Source: an uncultured Candidatus Saccharibacteria bacterium (GTDB taxonomy: Bacteria > Patescibacteriota > Minisyncoccia > UBA9983). From it: a DNA stretch of 64,000 nt. Both the position numbers and the translations under genes were made by a program. Under the pieces are notes generated by a model. It searched no databases, was not told the origin of the DNA, and saw only the letters and a list, made by a program, of their open reading frames with translations. The stretch covers positions 12,404 through 76,403 of the forward strand of contig CAYTKF010000002.1 of the NCBI GenBank assembly GCA_964438405.1. Direction: 5' to 3'. Shown here one piece after another: positions 15,236 through 24,460 of this stretch; the first letter of the stretch is position 1, and the number at the start of each line of letters is the position of its first letter.

Positions 15236-15297
15236 CTCAGTGGTAGAGCATTTCTCTGAAAAAGAAAGGGCCGTGAGTTCGATTCTCACCTTCGGCA
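15226..15297 (+). tRNA. tRNA-Phe(GAA)
   Basis: Acceptor GCCGAAG/CTTCGGC, D-arm TAGCTCAGTGGTAGAGCA, anticodon loop CTGAAAA, T-arm GTGAG-TTCGATT-CTCAC. Confidence 0.85.
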
Positions 15298-15314
15298 AAT
15301 TAAAAAGAAAATAT

Positions 15315-15767
15315 TTAGTCTCCTTTGATTTTGAGTTTTTGAATTCTTTCTTTGTCTAATTTTGGAAGTTTTATGCTGAGCATGCCGTCTTTTATGGAGG
15401 CATCGGCTTCATCCGGATCAACTTCCTGAGGAAGCAGAATTGAGCGCGAAAACGTTCCCCAGTAAAGCTCCTGGTAAAAATAATTTTCCCTTTCCACCCG
15501 GCGCCTGTCTTCGCGCTTTCCCTTAATGGTTACCATGTCGTGGGTGATGGTGACATCCAAATCTTCCGGTTTGAGGCCGGCTACAAACGATTGGATTATA
15601 ATTTCCGTTGGCGTCTGATAAACATCCATTGTCAGCTCAGCTTCCTCGTTTTCCTCTTCAATTTCTTTCATAAGATTCTTATTATCTACCGGCTCAAGAG
15701 AAAAAACATCTTCCTCATCTTCTCTCTGGCTACCTGTTAATTTCTCAAAAAAGGATTTCTTGTTCAT
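15315..15767 (-). CDS. Small heat-shock protein (Hsp20/alpha-crystallin family)
   Basis: 150 aa. Alpha-crystallin domain signatures MDVYQT...VTIKGKRE...GTFSRSILLP...DGMLSIKLPK. Confidence 0.8.
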   Translation of the reverse strand: MNKKSFFEKLTGSQREDEEDVFSLEPVDNKNLMKEIEEENEEAELTMDVYQTPTEIIIQSFVAGLKPEDLDVTITHDMVTIKGKREDRRRVERENYFYQELYWGTFSRSILLPQEVDPDEADASIKDGMLSIKLPKLDKERIQKLKIKGD

Positions 15768-15781
15768 AAATTTTTATAATT

Positions 15782-16462
15782 TTATTTTTTAATTCTTTTA
15801 ATTTTTTCAAAAATAAAGAAGATAATAATAATAAAAAACCAAAGCGGGATGAAAATTTTTAAAACATTTTCTCCGCCGTTATTAATTATAAAGTAATTAA
15901 AAAGAAAGTGCAAAAAACTTGCCAGCAATAATCCGCCGGCCAGGTTAATTTTGCGGTTTTCGCGGTGAAAAAACGAAAAGGCTAAGCTTGCACCCACAAC
16001 CGCTGAAGAGGCAGTATGGAGCAGCGTGGCTCCAATAAAGCGCAGATTGCCCGTAATTAACCCGGAGAGCATACCTCCAGCAGAAAAATCTTTAAACATA
16101 AAAAGAATGTTTTCCAGACAGGCAAATCCGAGCGCTGCTGTTATCAAATAAACCAGGGCATCTACGGGCTCGTCATAAGACGGCCTTCTTAAGGCAGCCC
16201 TATTGGCTGCGTAATATTTTGTGAATTCTTCTATTATGGCCCAGAAGAAGTACATAATTGCACCGGCAAAATAAAGTTTGACTGCGTATTCCAAAACAAG
16301 AGCAAAAGCAACAGCCATCATGCCGTATAAAAAAGTCAGAAGAAGAATTTTTTTGGGTTCAGGGTGCGGGTCCTCCCTTAACCAGAACCAAAGCCACAAA
16401 ATAGCGGGAATAAGTCCTCCGGCAATTGCGAATAAAATATTGTTCATATTTACTCCGGCCAT
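15782..16462 (-). CDS. PrsW-family intramembrane protease-like membrane protein
   Basis: 226 aa, multi-TM. The EEFTKYY, FxxxE and LHTASSAVVG segments are consistent with PrsW (EExxK/FxxxE/HxxxN-like) motifs. Confidence 0.5.
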   Translation of the reverse strand: MAGVNMNNILFAIAGGLIPAILWLWFWLREDPHPEPKKILLLTFLYGMMAVAFALVLEYAVKLYFAGAIMYFFWAIIEEFTKYYAANRAALRRPSYDEPVDALVYLITAALGFACLENILFMFKDFSAGGMLSGLITGNLRFIGATLLHTASSAVVGASLAFSFFHRENRKINLAGGLLLASFLHFLFNYFIINNGGENVLKIFIPLWFFIIIIFFIFEKIKRIKK

Positions 16463-18555
16463 TTTTCTATAATTAATAAATTATTTTTGTTCATCATGCT
16501 CCAGATTTCTTCTGTAATAAAGGGCATAAAAGGATGGAGAAGTGCAATGCATTTTGAAAAAATTTCATACATTGCTGTTTGCGAAATTTCTTCCTTTTTA
16601 TTCTCTTCTATTATTTTATCGCAGAAAGTGTGCCAAAAATAGTGATAAATTTTTTCCGCCGCCATGTAAAATTTAAAATTATCCATATCTTTGGTGATTG
16701 CCACGCATATTTTTTTAAATTCAGCCAAATATTTTTTATCCGCCTTCGCGCTTCGCGCTTCGGCGGACAAGTCTTTTTTACTCAGTACAAATCTTGCTGC
16801 GTTCCAAATTTTATTGGCAAAATTTTTATAGCCTTTTATTCTGTCTTCACTCAAGGCCAGCGATGTGTCTGGTGTGTTGCCGACAACCAAGCCGATTCTT
16901 AGGGCGTCAGTACCGAATTTTTTAGTCATATCAAGTGGGGTAATGACGTTGCCTTTACTTTTACTCATTTTTTGACCCTTGGCATCCAAAATCAGGCCGT
17001 GCATATAAACCGTATTAAACGGTAATTTTCCTGTGACATAAAGTCCGAGCATGAGCATTCTTGCCACCCAATGAAAAATATCGCCGCCGGTTTCAAGCAC
17101 GCTTGTTGGATAAAATTCTTTAAAATCTTTTCCACCCGGATAGCCGAGAGTCGCGAATGGCCACTGACCCGAGGAAAACCAGGTATCAAAAGTATCGTTG
17201 TCTTTTCTTACTTCGCCACCGCACTTGTCACATTTTGTTATTTTGTCTTCAAGATCAACGAATCCTTTTTCACACTTGTCGCAAATTTTCGCGGGAATGG
17301 GAATACCCCAGACAATTTGGCGGGAAATATTCCAATCAATAATATTTAGAAACCAATGGGAGGTGATTTTTTTGTAATGTTCGGGAATATAAATAATTTT
17401 ATCGGTATTTACTTTCTGGAGAGCCCCTTCCGCAAGCGGTTTCATTTTGACAAACCATTGGTTTTGAATTTGCGGTTCTATCGTCGTGCCGCACTTGTAG
17501 CAGGTGTGAACAACGTGTTTGTAGTTTTCATTAATTTTGACAACCAGGCCCTTGCCTTTAAGTTTTTCAATAATAAATGGGCGGGCTTTTTTGATGTGCA
17601 TTCCGGCGAATTCACCGGCAATCGGCAAAAGCTTTCCGCTCTCGTCAATAATTTGCTCTTTATCGAGGTTGTGCCGCGCGGCGATTTCAAAGTCAACCGG
17701 GTCGTGCCAAGGGGTGATTGTCATAACGCCGGTGCCGAAATCCATGTCAATCGCTTCATCTTTGACGATAGTCGCGGTAATCGGCCCGTTAATCCACTCA
17801 AGCTCAATTTTTTGGCCGTCTTTGTATTGCGTATATCGTTTATCTTTCGGATGCATTACGACATATTTATCTCCGAATTTTGTCTCTGGGCGCGACGTTG
17901 AAATTATAAATGGACCATATTTTAAGTAGTAATACGGTTCTGTTTTTTCTTCGTCTTTTATTTCAATATCGGCAAAAGATGTTTGATGTTTTGGACACCA
18001 ACTTATTATTCTTTTACCACGGTAAAGTAAGTTGTCATCAGATAGTTTTTTGAACGTGTTATAGACGGTTTTTATTATATTTGGGTCAAGAGTGAATTTT
18101 TCGCGCGACCAATCACAAGACGCGCCCATGGTCCGAATTTGTGACTCTATTTTTTTTGAATTATTTAGAGTAAATTCAAGGATTTCCTGATAAAGCCTTT
18201 TTGGTTCAATTTCAAATCGCGAACGGCCTTCTTTTTCTAGTTGTTTTTCGTAGACAACCTGGGTTTCAAAACCTGCATGGTCAAGACCTGGAAGCCACAG
18301 AGTTTTAAAGCCCCGCATTCTTTTATAACGGGTCATAATATCTTCAATAGTTAAAACAAGCGCGTGTCCTGCGTGCAGAGAACCGTTGGCATTGGTCGGG
18401 GGCATAATAATACAAAAGTTTTTCTTAGAATTTGGATTGTCAGCCCTAGGCTGATGCGCCTCGGGCGCAAAAAACCCGGACTTCTCCCATTTCTCATAAA
18501 TTTTTTCTTCAGTTAATTTTGGATCGTATGGTTTTAAAAGTTTATCGGGAATCAT
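16450..18555 (-). CDS. valS: Valyl-tRNA synthetase (short form)
   Basis: PPTNANGSLHAGHA (HIGH-type motif of ValRS), PGLDHAGFETQ and KMSKSKGN. 701 aa. Confidence 0.8.
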   Translation of the reverse strand: MIPDKLLKPYDPKLTEEKIYEKWEKSGFFAPEAHQPRADNPNSKKNFCIIMPPTNANGSLHAGHALVLTIEDIMTRYKRMRGFKTLWLPGLDHAGFETQVVYEKQLEKEGRSRFEIEPKRLYQEILEFTLNNSKKIESQIRTMGASCDWSREKFTLDPNIIKTVYNTFKKLSDDNLLYRGKRIISWCPKHQTSFADIEIKDEEKTEPYYYLKYGPFIISTSRPETKFGDKYVVMHPKDKRYTQYKDGQKIELEWINGPITATIVKDEAIDMDFGTGVMTITPWHDPVDFEIAARHNLDKEQIIDESGKLLPIAGEFAGMHIKKARPFIIEKLKGKGLVVKINENYKHVVHTCYKCGTTIEPQIQNQWFVKMKPLAEGALQKVNTDKIIYIPEHYKKITSHWFLNIIDWNISRQIVWGIPIPAKICDKCEKGFVDLEDKITKCDKCGGEVRKDNDTFDTWFSSGQWPFATLGYPGGKDFKEFYPTSVLETGGDIFHWVARMLMLGLYVTGKLPFNTVYMHGLILDAKGQKMSKSKGNVITPLDMTKKFGTDALRIGLVVGNTPDTSLALSEDRIKGYKNFANKIWNAARFVLSKKDLSAEARSAKADKKYLAEFKKICVAITKDMDNFKFYMAAEKIYHYFWHTFCDKIIEENKKEEISQTAMYEIFSKCIALLHPFMPFITEEIWSMMNKNNLLIIEKWPE

Positions 18556-19679
18556 AATTCTAGATTACCATTTGCAGCCATATTTTTCCAATTTTTTTGT
18601 GTATTGCTTTTTTGAGAACGGATTGCCGCGGCCATTGCTATCATTGCGGCATTGTCGCCGGTAAATCTGGTAATTGGTAATAAGTAATTCGTAATTGGTA
18701 ATTCTTTTTTGATTTTTTCTGCTAATTGTTTTCTTAATTCCGTATTTGCCGCAACACCACCACCAAGAATTATTGTTTTTACTTTATATTCTTTCGCCGC
18801 CCTAATTGTTTTTTTAATTAGTACGTCAATTGTGGCTTGCTGGAATTCGTGGCAAATTTTAGCAATTAAAGGGCGGGAAAATTTATTCCCTTTATCACGG
18901 GCAGCAAGGGAAATGATACGGGAATCAAATTTTTCCGCCCTTATGTCCCTTAGTAGATACAAAAGTGCGGTTTTTAATCCAGAAAAACTGAAATCATAAT
19001 CTTTGCTGTTAATCATCGGTCTTGGGAGATGTATCTGACTACTGACTACTGACGACTGACTACTTTTTGCCAGTTTTGCAATTTCCGGGCCGCCAGGATA
19101 GGGAAGCCCCAGCATTTTTGCCGCCTTATCAAATGCCTCGCCAACAGCGTCATCGCGAGTTGCACCAATAATTTTATATTTAAGCCAATCTTTAATTAAA
19201 ACTAATTCCGTATGACCACCACTAACCAGCAATGTGATTGCTGGAAATTTTAAATTTTTAATTTTTAATTTTAAATTTTGTTTTAGAAACACAGAAAAGA
19301 TATGTCCTTCCATGTGATTTATGCCGATTAATGGTTTGTTCCATTTTTTCGCCAATTCTTGAGAAAAATTTATGCCGGTCCAAAGAGCTGGTTCCAGACC
19401 CGGGCCTTGTGTCACGGCAATCAAATCAATATTTTTGAGATTTGATATTTGAGATTTAAGATTTAAGAAACCTGCCTTCTTTAATGCTTTATTAAGAACA
19501 ATGGGCAGGTTTCGTTCGTGTTCTCGTTTGGCTAAATTCGGCACAACTCCACCCCATTTTGCATGGATTTTAACTTGCGAAGCAACAATATTAGATAAAA
19601 TAGAAAACTTGCCGTTCTTAACTTTAAGCACGGCGATGGCTGTTTCATCGCAAGAAGTTTCAATGGCTAAAATAATCAT
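18552..19679 (-). CDS. tsaD: tRNA N6-adenosine threonylcarbamoyltransferase TsaD (Kae1/Gcp family) with low-complexity insertions
   Basis: MIILAIETSCDETAIAVL N-terminus, HMEGHI and GGVAANTELR. Several simple tandem DNA repeats occur inside the ORF. Confidence 0.85.
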   Translation of the reverse strand: MIILAIETSCDETAIAVLKVKNGKFSILSNIVASQVKIHAKWGGVVPNLAKREHERNLPIVLNKALKKAGFLNLKSQISNLKNIDLIAVTQGPGLEPALWTGINFSQELAKKWNKPLIGINHMEGHIFSVFLKQNLKLKIKNLKFPAITLLVSGGHTELVLIKDWLKYKIIGATRDDAVGEAFDKAAKMLGLPYPGGPEIAKLAKSSQSSVVSSQIHLPRPMINSKDYDFSFSGLKTALLYLLRDIRAEKFDSRIISLAARDKGNKFSRPLIAKICHEFQQATIDVLIKKTIRAAKEYKVKTIILGGGVAANTELRKQLAEKIKKELPITNYLLPITRFTGDNAAMIAMAAAIRSQKSNTQKNWKNMAANGNLEL

Positions 19680-20209
19680 ATTCTTTTTATTTCTATTAAA
19701 ATAGACGGAGAATTTTTAATAGTACCACCATCGACATAAAAATCAATCTTATTGCCGAAATATTTTTTTGCTTCTTTGATATTTTTCGCCGGCTTTTTGC
19801 CGGAAATATTGGCGCTGGGTGCAACAAGCGGACCGGTTTTGCGAAGCAAATTTAACAAATCTTTTTTTGCTGGTATTCTAAATGCAATAGTTTTTGTTCC
19901 GCGATGCAGATAAGAAAATTTTTTAGACGGACAAGATATAATAACGCTTGTCGGAACTTTGGTGTTAAACCAAATATTACTTAAAAAATTTTTTAACCTT
20001 GGCGTTAATTTTATATCAAAAATTTTTAAATCATTCAGCAAACCAATTAAAACAATCATGGGTTTTTTTAAATCCCGTTGGCGCAGTTTATAAATTCTTT
20101 CAACAGTATTCGACAATAGGGCAGAGCCAAGAATTCCATAAATCGTGTCCGTTGCCATCACCCCAATTCCGCCGGATTTTAAAATTTTAATTATATTATT
20201 TTGGCTCAT
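19676..20209 (-). CDS. tsaC: L-threonylcarbamoyladenylate synthase TsaC/YrdC/Sua5
   Basis: GGIGVMATDTIYGI and GPLVAPSANISGK motifs. Start placed at the internal Met (MSQNNIIKIL). Confidence 0.8.
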   Translation of the reverse strand: MSQNNIIKILKSGGIGVMATDTIYGILGSALLSNTVERIYKLRQRDLKKPMIVLIGLLNDLKIFDIKLTPRLKNFLSNIWFNTKVPTSVIISCPSKKFSYLHRGTKTIAFRIPAKKDLLNLLRKTGPLVAPSANISGKKPAKNIKEAKKYFGNKIDFYVDGGTIKNSPSILIEIKRI

Positions 20210-20885
20210 ATTTAAAATAATTATCAAGCAAAAAATCAATATCTTGATTTTCTTGCCATAACTTTCTCATTTTTTCAAAATATTTTACTCCGGTATAAGG
20301 TTTCTTTTTTGCTCCGTCAAATTTTAAAATTTTATAATAAGGGCTCCAATTTTCTATAACAGAATTAAAAACTTCGGAAATTTGCCAGACGTATTCTGCC
20401 TTTTTACCATGTTTTTTTGTGCCTTTATAATTATATTTTTTTGCCAAATAATCAAAGAAAATAAAGTGAAGTAATTCATGGCCGGTTACCATTATAGGAA
20501 ATTTACTTTGGCGCAGAGCAGGAAAGAAAAATGTTTTTTCTTTTATATTGCGAGGATACATGTCAAAAACACTTGCATAACCGATATATTTTCCTTTGGA
20601 CCAGGGATGGTTTTTGAAAATTTTATTTACTAAATCAAAATATTTTTTCTCAATGTTCTGCCATTCTTTTTTGATCTTTTTTACGTTTTTATCAATTTCT
20701 TCTTTGCGTAAATTAAAATTGTCTTGCACATATTTTTTTATTGTTTCATCTTTCTTCCCGTGCAGTTTTTCTGGCAAAAACATATTTAGAAACTTTATTC
20801 CGCCGGTAGAATACTTTTTGAAAAGAATATAATTTTCAATATCTTTATCCGCGCTTATTACAAATTTAACCTTGGGATTTTTCAT
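20196..20885 (-). CDS. Hypothetical protein with an HExxH motif (possible minimal Zn-peptidase)
   Basis: 229 aa with VTGHELLHFIF. No other recognisable features. Confidence 0.35.
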   Translation of the reverse strand: MKNPKVKFVISADKDIENYILFKKYSTGGIKFLNMFLPEKLHGKKDETIKKYVQDNFNLRKEEIDKNVKKIKKEWQNIEKKYFDLVNKIFKNHPWSKGKYIGYASVFDMYPRNIKEKTFFFPALRQSKFPIMVTGHELLHFIFFDYLAKKYNYKGTKKHGKKAEYVWQISEVFNSVIENWSPYYKILKFDGAKKKPYTGVKYFEKMRKLWQENQDIDFLLDNYFKYEPK

Positions 20886-21009
20886 AATATTAAAACTAAT
20901 TATAAATTAATGGTCCAAAATAAAAAAGGGGAGCGTTTCAACGTCTTTCGACTCCACGCCCCCCGCTCTGCACTCAACGCCGTCCCAGAGGGCTGTGGAT
21001 AAATAAAAA

Positions 21010-21099
21010 CGGAAGCGGGTGGATTCGAACCACCGATCCGCCTCAGCGGCGGATACCGCTTTTCGAGAGCGGCCCATTCAACCACTCTGGCACGCTTCC
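21010..21099 (-). tRNA. tRNA-Ser(CGA)
   Basis: Reverse complement reads GGAAGCG-TGCCAGAGTGGTTGAATGGG-CCGCT CTCGAAA AGCGG, then a long variable arm, then GGTGG-TTCGAAT-CCACC CGCTTCC G. Confidence 0.85.
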
Positions 21100-21113
21100 A
21101 TACAAAAACTTTT

Positions 21114-21185
21114 TGACCCTACCGGGAATCGAACCCGGATTTACACATTGAAAGCGTGCCGTCCTGACCATTAGACGATAGGGCC
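21114..21185 (-). tRNA. tRNA-Glu(TTC)
   Basis: Reverse complement gives acceptor GGCCCTA/TAGGGTC, anticodon loop CTTTCAA, T-arm CCGGG-TTCGATT-CCCGG. Confidence 0.7.
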
Positions 21186-21320
21186 TATTTGCTTGAAATT
21201 TTACCCCAAAAACAATAAAATGTAAATCTGTGAAAAATTTTAAAGAAAAAGTTTTTGATGTTGTTAAAAAAATTCCCAGAGGGTTGAAATTTTAAGTAAT
21301 TTTATTACAATAAGTAAGTT

Positions 21321-21392
21321 GCGCCCATAGCTCAGTGGTAGAGCGTTTCGTTGACATCGAAAAGGCCCGAAGTTCGATCCTTCGTGGGCGCA
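21321..21392 (+). tRNA. tRNA-Val(GAC)
   Basis: Acceptor GCGCCCA/TGGGCGC, D-arm TAGCTCAGTGGTAGAGCG, anticodon loop TTGACAT, T-arm CGAAG-TTCGATC-CTTCG. Confidence 0.85.
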
Positions 21393-21401
21393 TGGAAAAT
21401 T

Positions 21402-21644
21402 ATGTCAAAAAAAACAAAAATTATTCAGAAACGCGAAGAGTGCATTGGTTGCGGTTCTTGTACCATTGTTTGCCAGAAGTTTTGGAAGATGAACGAAAAA
21501 GATATGAAAGCAGATTTAATTGGTGGAAAAATTAATGACTCTGGCGAATACGAATTGGAGATAAAGAATATTAGCGCAGAGGATTTAGATTGTAATAAAC
21601 AGGCCGCAGATGTATGTCCTGTTAAAATAATTAAAATAATATGA
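21402..21644 (+). CDS. Small 4Fe-4S ferredoxin
   Basis: CIGCGSCTIVC ... CP cluster-binding pattern. 80 aa. ATGA overlap with trxB. Confidence 0.65.
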   Translation: MSKKTKIIQKREECIGCGSCTIVCQKFWKMNEKDMKADLIGGKINDSGEYELEIKNISAEDLDCNKQAADVCPVKIIKII

Positions 21645-22558
21645 TTTATGATGTTGCAATAATTGGAGGTTCGTTTGCCGGTCTCACTGCCGGCATTTAT
21701 TCCGCCAGAAAAAAACTTTCTACTATCATTCTCACAAAAAATCTCGGAGGCCAGGCAATACTTACCGAAGAAATAGGAAATTTTCCGGGATTCGAAAAAA
21801 TTTCCGGCAGAGAGCTGACACAAAAAATAACAGACCAAAATAAGAAATACGGCGTGGAGATAAAGGAAGGTACAGAAATAATTTCTATAAAAAAAGATGA
21901 AGAGGAGTTTGAAGTCCGACTTCGAAATCTCGAAGTCGGACTTCGGGCAAAATCAGTTATTATAGCGACTGGCAAAGAATACCGGCATTTGAATGTCCCA
22001 GGCGGTAAAGAATATGAAAATAAGGGCATAAGTTTTTGTTCCACCTGTGACGCCCCGCTTTTTGAAAACAAAGACGTGGCGGTTGTGGGCGGAGGAAATT
22101 CCGGATTATGCTCTAGCCGCGACCTTCTGGCATACGCCAATAAAATTTATGTTATGGATGTCCTGTCCCAAATAACAGGAGACGAGATTATCCAAGAGCA
22201 GTTGAAAAAAAGCGGCAAAGTAGAATTTATAACTAATGCCAAAATAAAAGAAATCAAGGGCGGAAATTTTGTGGAAAAAATTATTTATTCAGACGGAGAT
22301 GACGAAAAAGAATTGAATGTTCAGGGAATTTTTGTAAACATCGGCTGGATGCCATCAAGCGGATTGGCAAAAGAGCTGGTTAAAATAAACAAAGCCGGAG
22401 AAATAATAATTGACCACAATACCAATGAAACTTCGGTTCCGGGAATTTTCGCAGCCGGCGATGTCACTGACATAAAATACAAACAATGCGTCATAGCTGC
22501 TGCAGAGGGCGCAAAAGCAGCTCTCTCAGCCTACGAGTATTTAAAAAATAAAAAGTAA
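21641..22558 (+). CDS. trxB: Thioredoxin reductase
   Basis: YDVAIIGGSFAGLTAG FAD site, CSTCDAP redox-active CxxC, and GGGNSG NADPH site. Confidence 0.8.
   Translation: MIYDVAIIGGSFAGLTAGIYSARKKLSTIILTKNLGGQAILTEEIGNFPGFEKISGRELTQKITDQNKKYGVEIKEGTEIISIKKDEEEFEVRLRNLEVGLRAKSVIIATGKEYRHLNVPGGKEYENKGISFCSTCDAPLFENKDVAVVGGGNSGLCSSRDLLAYANKIYVMDVLSQITGDEIIQEQLKKSGKVEFITNAKIKEIKGGNFVEKIIYSDGDDEKELNVQGIFVNIGWMPSSGLAKELVKINKAGEIIIDHNTNETSVPGIFAAGDVTDIKYKQCVIAAAEGAKAALSAYEYLKNKK
21909..21947. repeat. In-frame tandem palindrome inside trxB
   Basis: TT GAAGTCCGACTTC GAAATCTC GAAGTCGGACTTC GGG. The two 14-nt arms are perfect reverse complements. Encodes FEVRLRNLEVGLRA. Confidence 0.75.
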
Positions 22559-23284
22559 TTATTTGCCGGTAGTATAAGTGCCGTTTAGAATCTGGTCAAT
22601 AATAACCTTAAGCTGTGCGTAAGGAAGTGCTCCGCTCACAGGATATTTGTCTCCGTTTTTGGTTAATATTACAGAATATGGCGTGCCCCGAGCGCCCGAG
22701 GCAACGGCGTCTTCATAATCCGTCTGCACCTTGGCTGCGAATTTCCCGCTACTCAGGCAATCATTAAATTTGTTTACATCAAGTCCGACATACTCGGCTA
22801 TTTTTGGAAGCTGGGTTGGATCTAATGTATCGTTTGAAGTTGTCACTTCAAAAAGACGGTTGACATAAGTCCAGAATTTGTCATTACCCCCAAGATCAGC
22901 CGCGCATTCTGTTGCCTCAGCCTCTTTTCTTGATTTTTGATGCAAGGAATCAAGCGGGAAGTGGCGAAGGACAAAACGCATCTTGCCTGCCTTTCCGTAT
23001 TCGTCCATCATCTGGTTTGCAGTGGCATTGAATGTTTTACAAAACGGGCATTCCAGATCAGTAAAGAGGATAAATGTCAGGTCGGCATTGGGGTTGCCAA
23101 GAATGTGGTCACTGGAGGTAACTTCTTTAGGTCCATCTAATTTTTGTCCTGAAGTAACATCTCCGGTTGCAGCCAGATTATCAGATGGTTTTTTTGTGTT
23201 GGTATTGGTGTAATAAACGGTTCCGGCAATAATTAATCCGGCAACTATAATTGATGCGGGCAAAGCCCAATTTTTATTTTCCAT
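22559..23284 (-). CDS. Membrane-anchored DsbA-like thiol:disulfide oxidoreductase
   Basis: N-terminal TM, thioredoxin fold with a CPFC active site (FTDLECPFCKTFN). Confidence 0.75.
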   Translation of the reverse strand: MENKNWALPASIIVAGLIIAGTVYYTNTNTKKPSDNLAATGDVTSGQKLDGPKEVTSSDHILGNPNADLTFILFTDLECPFCKTFNATANQMMDEYGKAGKMRFVLRHFPLDSLHQKSRKEAEATECAADLGGNDKFWTYVNRLFEVTTSNDTLDPTQLPKIAEYVGLDVNKFNDCLSSGKFAAKVQTDYEDAVASGARGTPYSVILTKNGDKYPVSGALPYAQLKVIIDQILNGTYTTGK

Positions 23285-23303
23285 AATACATTAATTATAT
23301 ACG

Positions 23304-24419
23304 CTATTTTTTTCTGCGCAAGAAAGCGGGAATGACACTCGTTGTTTCTTCTTCGTCTATAAGGTCTTTTTCTTTAATTTTTTCTTTGGCGCCGGGAGCG
23401 TCGGAATTAGATTGCCCCTGTCCTACAGCGGCTTGAAACAGCGATTGCTTCCTGACATTTTTTGCCTCAGGAAAGCCAGAGGCAATAACTGTCACCTTTA
23501 TCTCTCCGCGCTTTAATCTTTCGTCATTGATTGCTCCGAATATGACCTTGGCGTCTGAATCTATTGATTCTGTTATAATGTTTGCCGCGTTCTGGATTTC
23601 CAGCATGGTCATGTCTTCTCCTCCGGAAATGGCAAACAAAACGCCCTGCGCTCCCTCTATGGAAAGATCCAAAAGTGGAGAATTAATGGCCATACGAGCA
23701 GCCTCCTCAGCTCTATTTTCGCCCTGGGCTGAACCAATGCCCATTAGAGCAGAACCGGCATTTTGCATCACTGTTTTGACATCGGCGAAATCAACATTGA
23801 TGATGCCGGGCATTGTGATGAGGTCGGAAATGCCTTCCACCGCCTGTCTTAAAACATCGTCGCACATCTGAAAGGCGGAAATAAAAGTTGTCTGTTTGTC
23901 TATCAGCCCCAGAAGACGGTCATTGGGAATGACTATTACAGCATCAACAGCGTCGCGCAGATTAACAAGATATTCATCTGCAATTCTGGAACGCTGAGCT
24001 CCTTCAAAAGTAAAGGGCCGGGTAATAACGGCAATGGTTAAGATTCCTTGTTCCCTTGCGATTCTTGCCACAACAGGCGAAGCCCCGCTTGCAGTGCCCC
24101 CGCCGAATCCGCAGGCGATAAAAACCATGTCAGCGCCCTTGAGGGTTTCCTGAATGGCCTCTTTGGTTTCTTCCGCAGCTTTCTTTCCGATTTCAGGATC
24201 CATACCTCCGCCAAGACCGCGGGTTAAATTTTTTCCAATGTGAATTTTTTTAGAAGCAAGAGAGTGATGGAGTTTTTGCGCGTCAGTGTCAACAGCAATG
24301 AATTCCACTCCCTTGACCTTGGAGCGGACCATATGGTTGACAGAGTTGGTGCCGGAATTGCCGATGCCAACTACTTTAATCCTTGCAAAAGCCTCTATTT
24401 CAGGCGTTATTCTAGTCAT
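23304..24419 (-). CDS. ftsZ: Cell division GTPase FtsZ
   Basis: [13 protein letters not shown] tubulin signature, NTDAQ, and the C-terminal variable linker. Confidence 0.95.
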   Translation of the reverse strand: MTRITPEIEAFARIKVVGIGNSGTNSVNHMVRSKVKGVEFIAVDTDAQKLHHSLASKKIHIGKNLTRGLGGGMDPEIGKKAAEETKEAIQETLKGADMVFIACGFGGGTASGASPVVARIAREQGILTIAVITRPFTFEGAQRSRIADEYLVNLRDAVDAVIVIPNDRLLGLIDKQTTFISAFQMCDDVLRQAVEGISDLITMPGIINVDFADVKTVMQNAGSALMGIGSAQGENRAEEAARMAINSPLLDLSIEGAQGVLFAISGGEDMTMLEIQNAANIITESIDSDAKVIFGAINDERLKRGEIKVTVIASGFPEAKNVRKQSLFQAAVGQGQSNSDAPGAKEKIKEKDLIDEEETTSVIPAFLRRKK

Positions 24420-24460
24420 ACCATAAGACTAGCACACCAGTCATTTAGCGGTCAACTAGA

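Noticed and set aside
21335-21535. 66-aa ORF 21335-21535 and the 5' extension of ORF 21351-21644
   Set aside because: Both overlap tRNA-Val (21321-21392). The ferredoxin gene was trimmed to the ATG at 21402.
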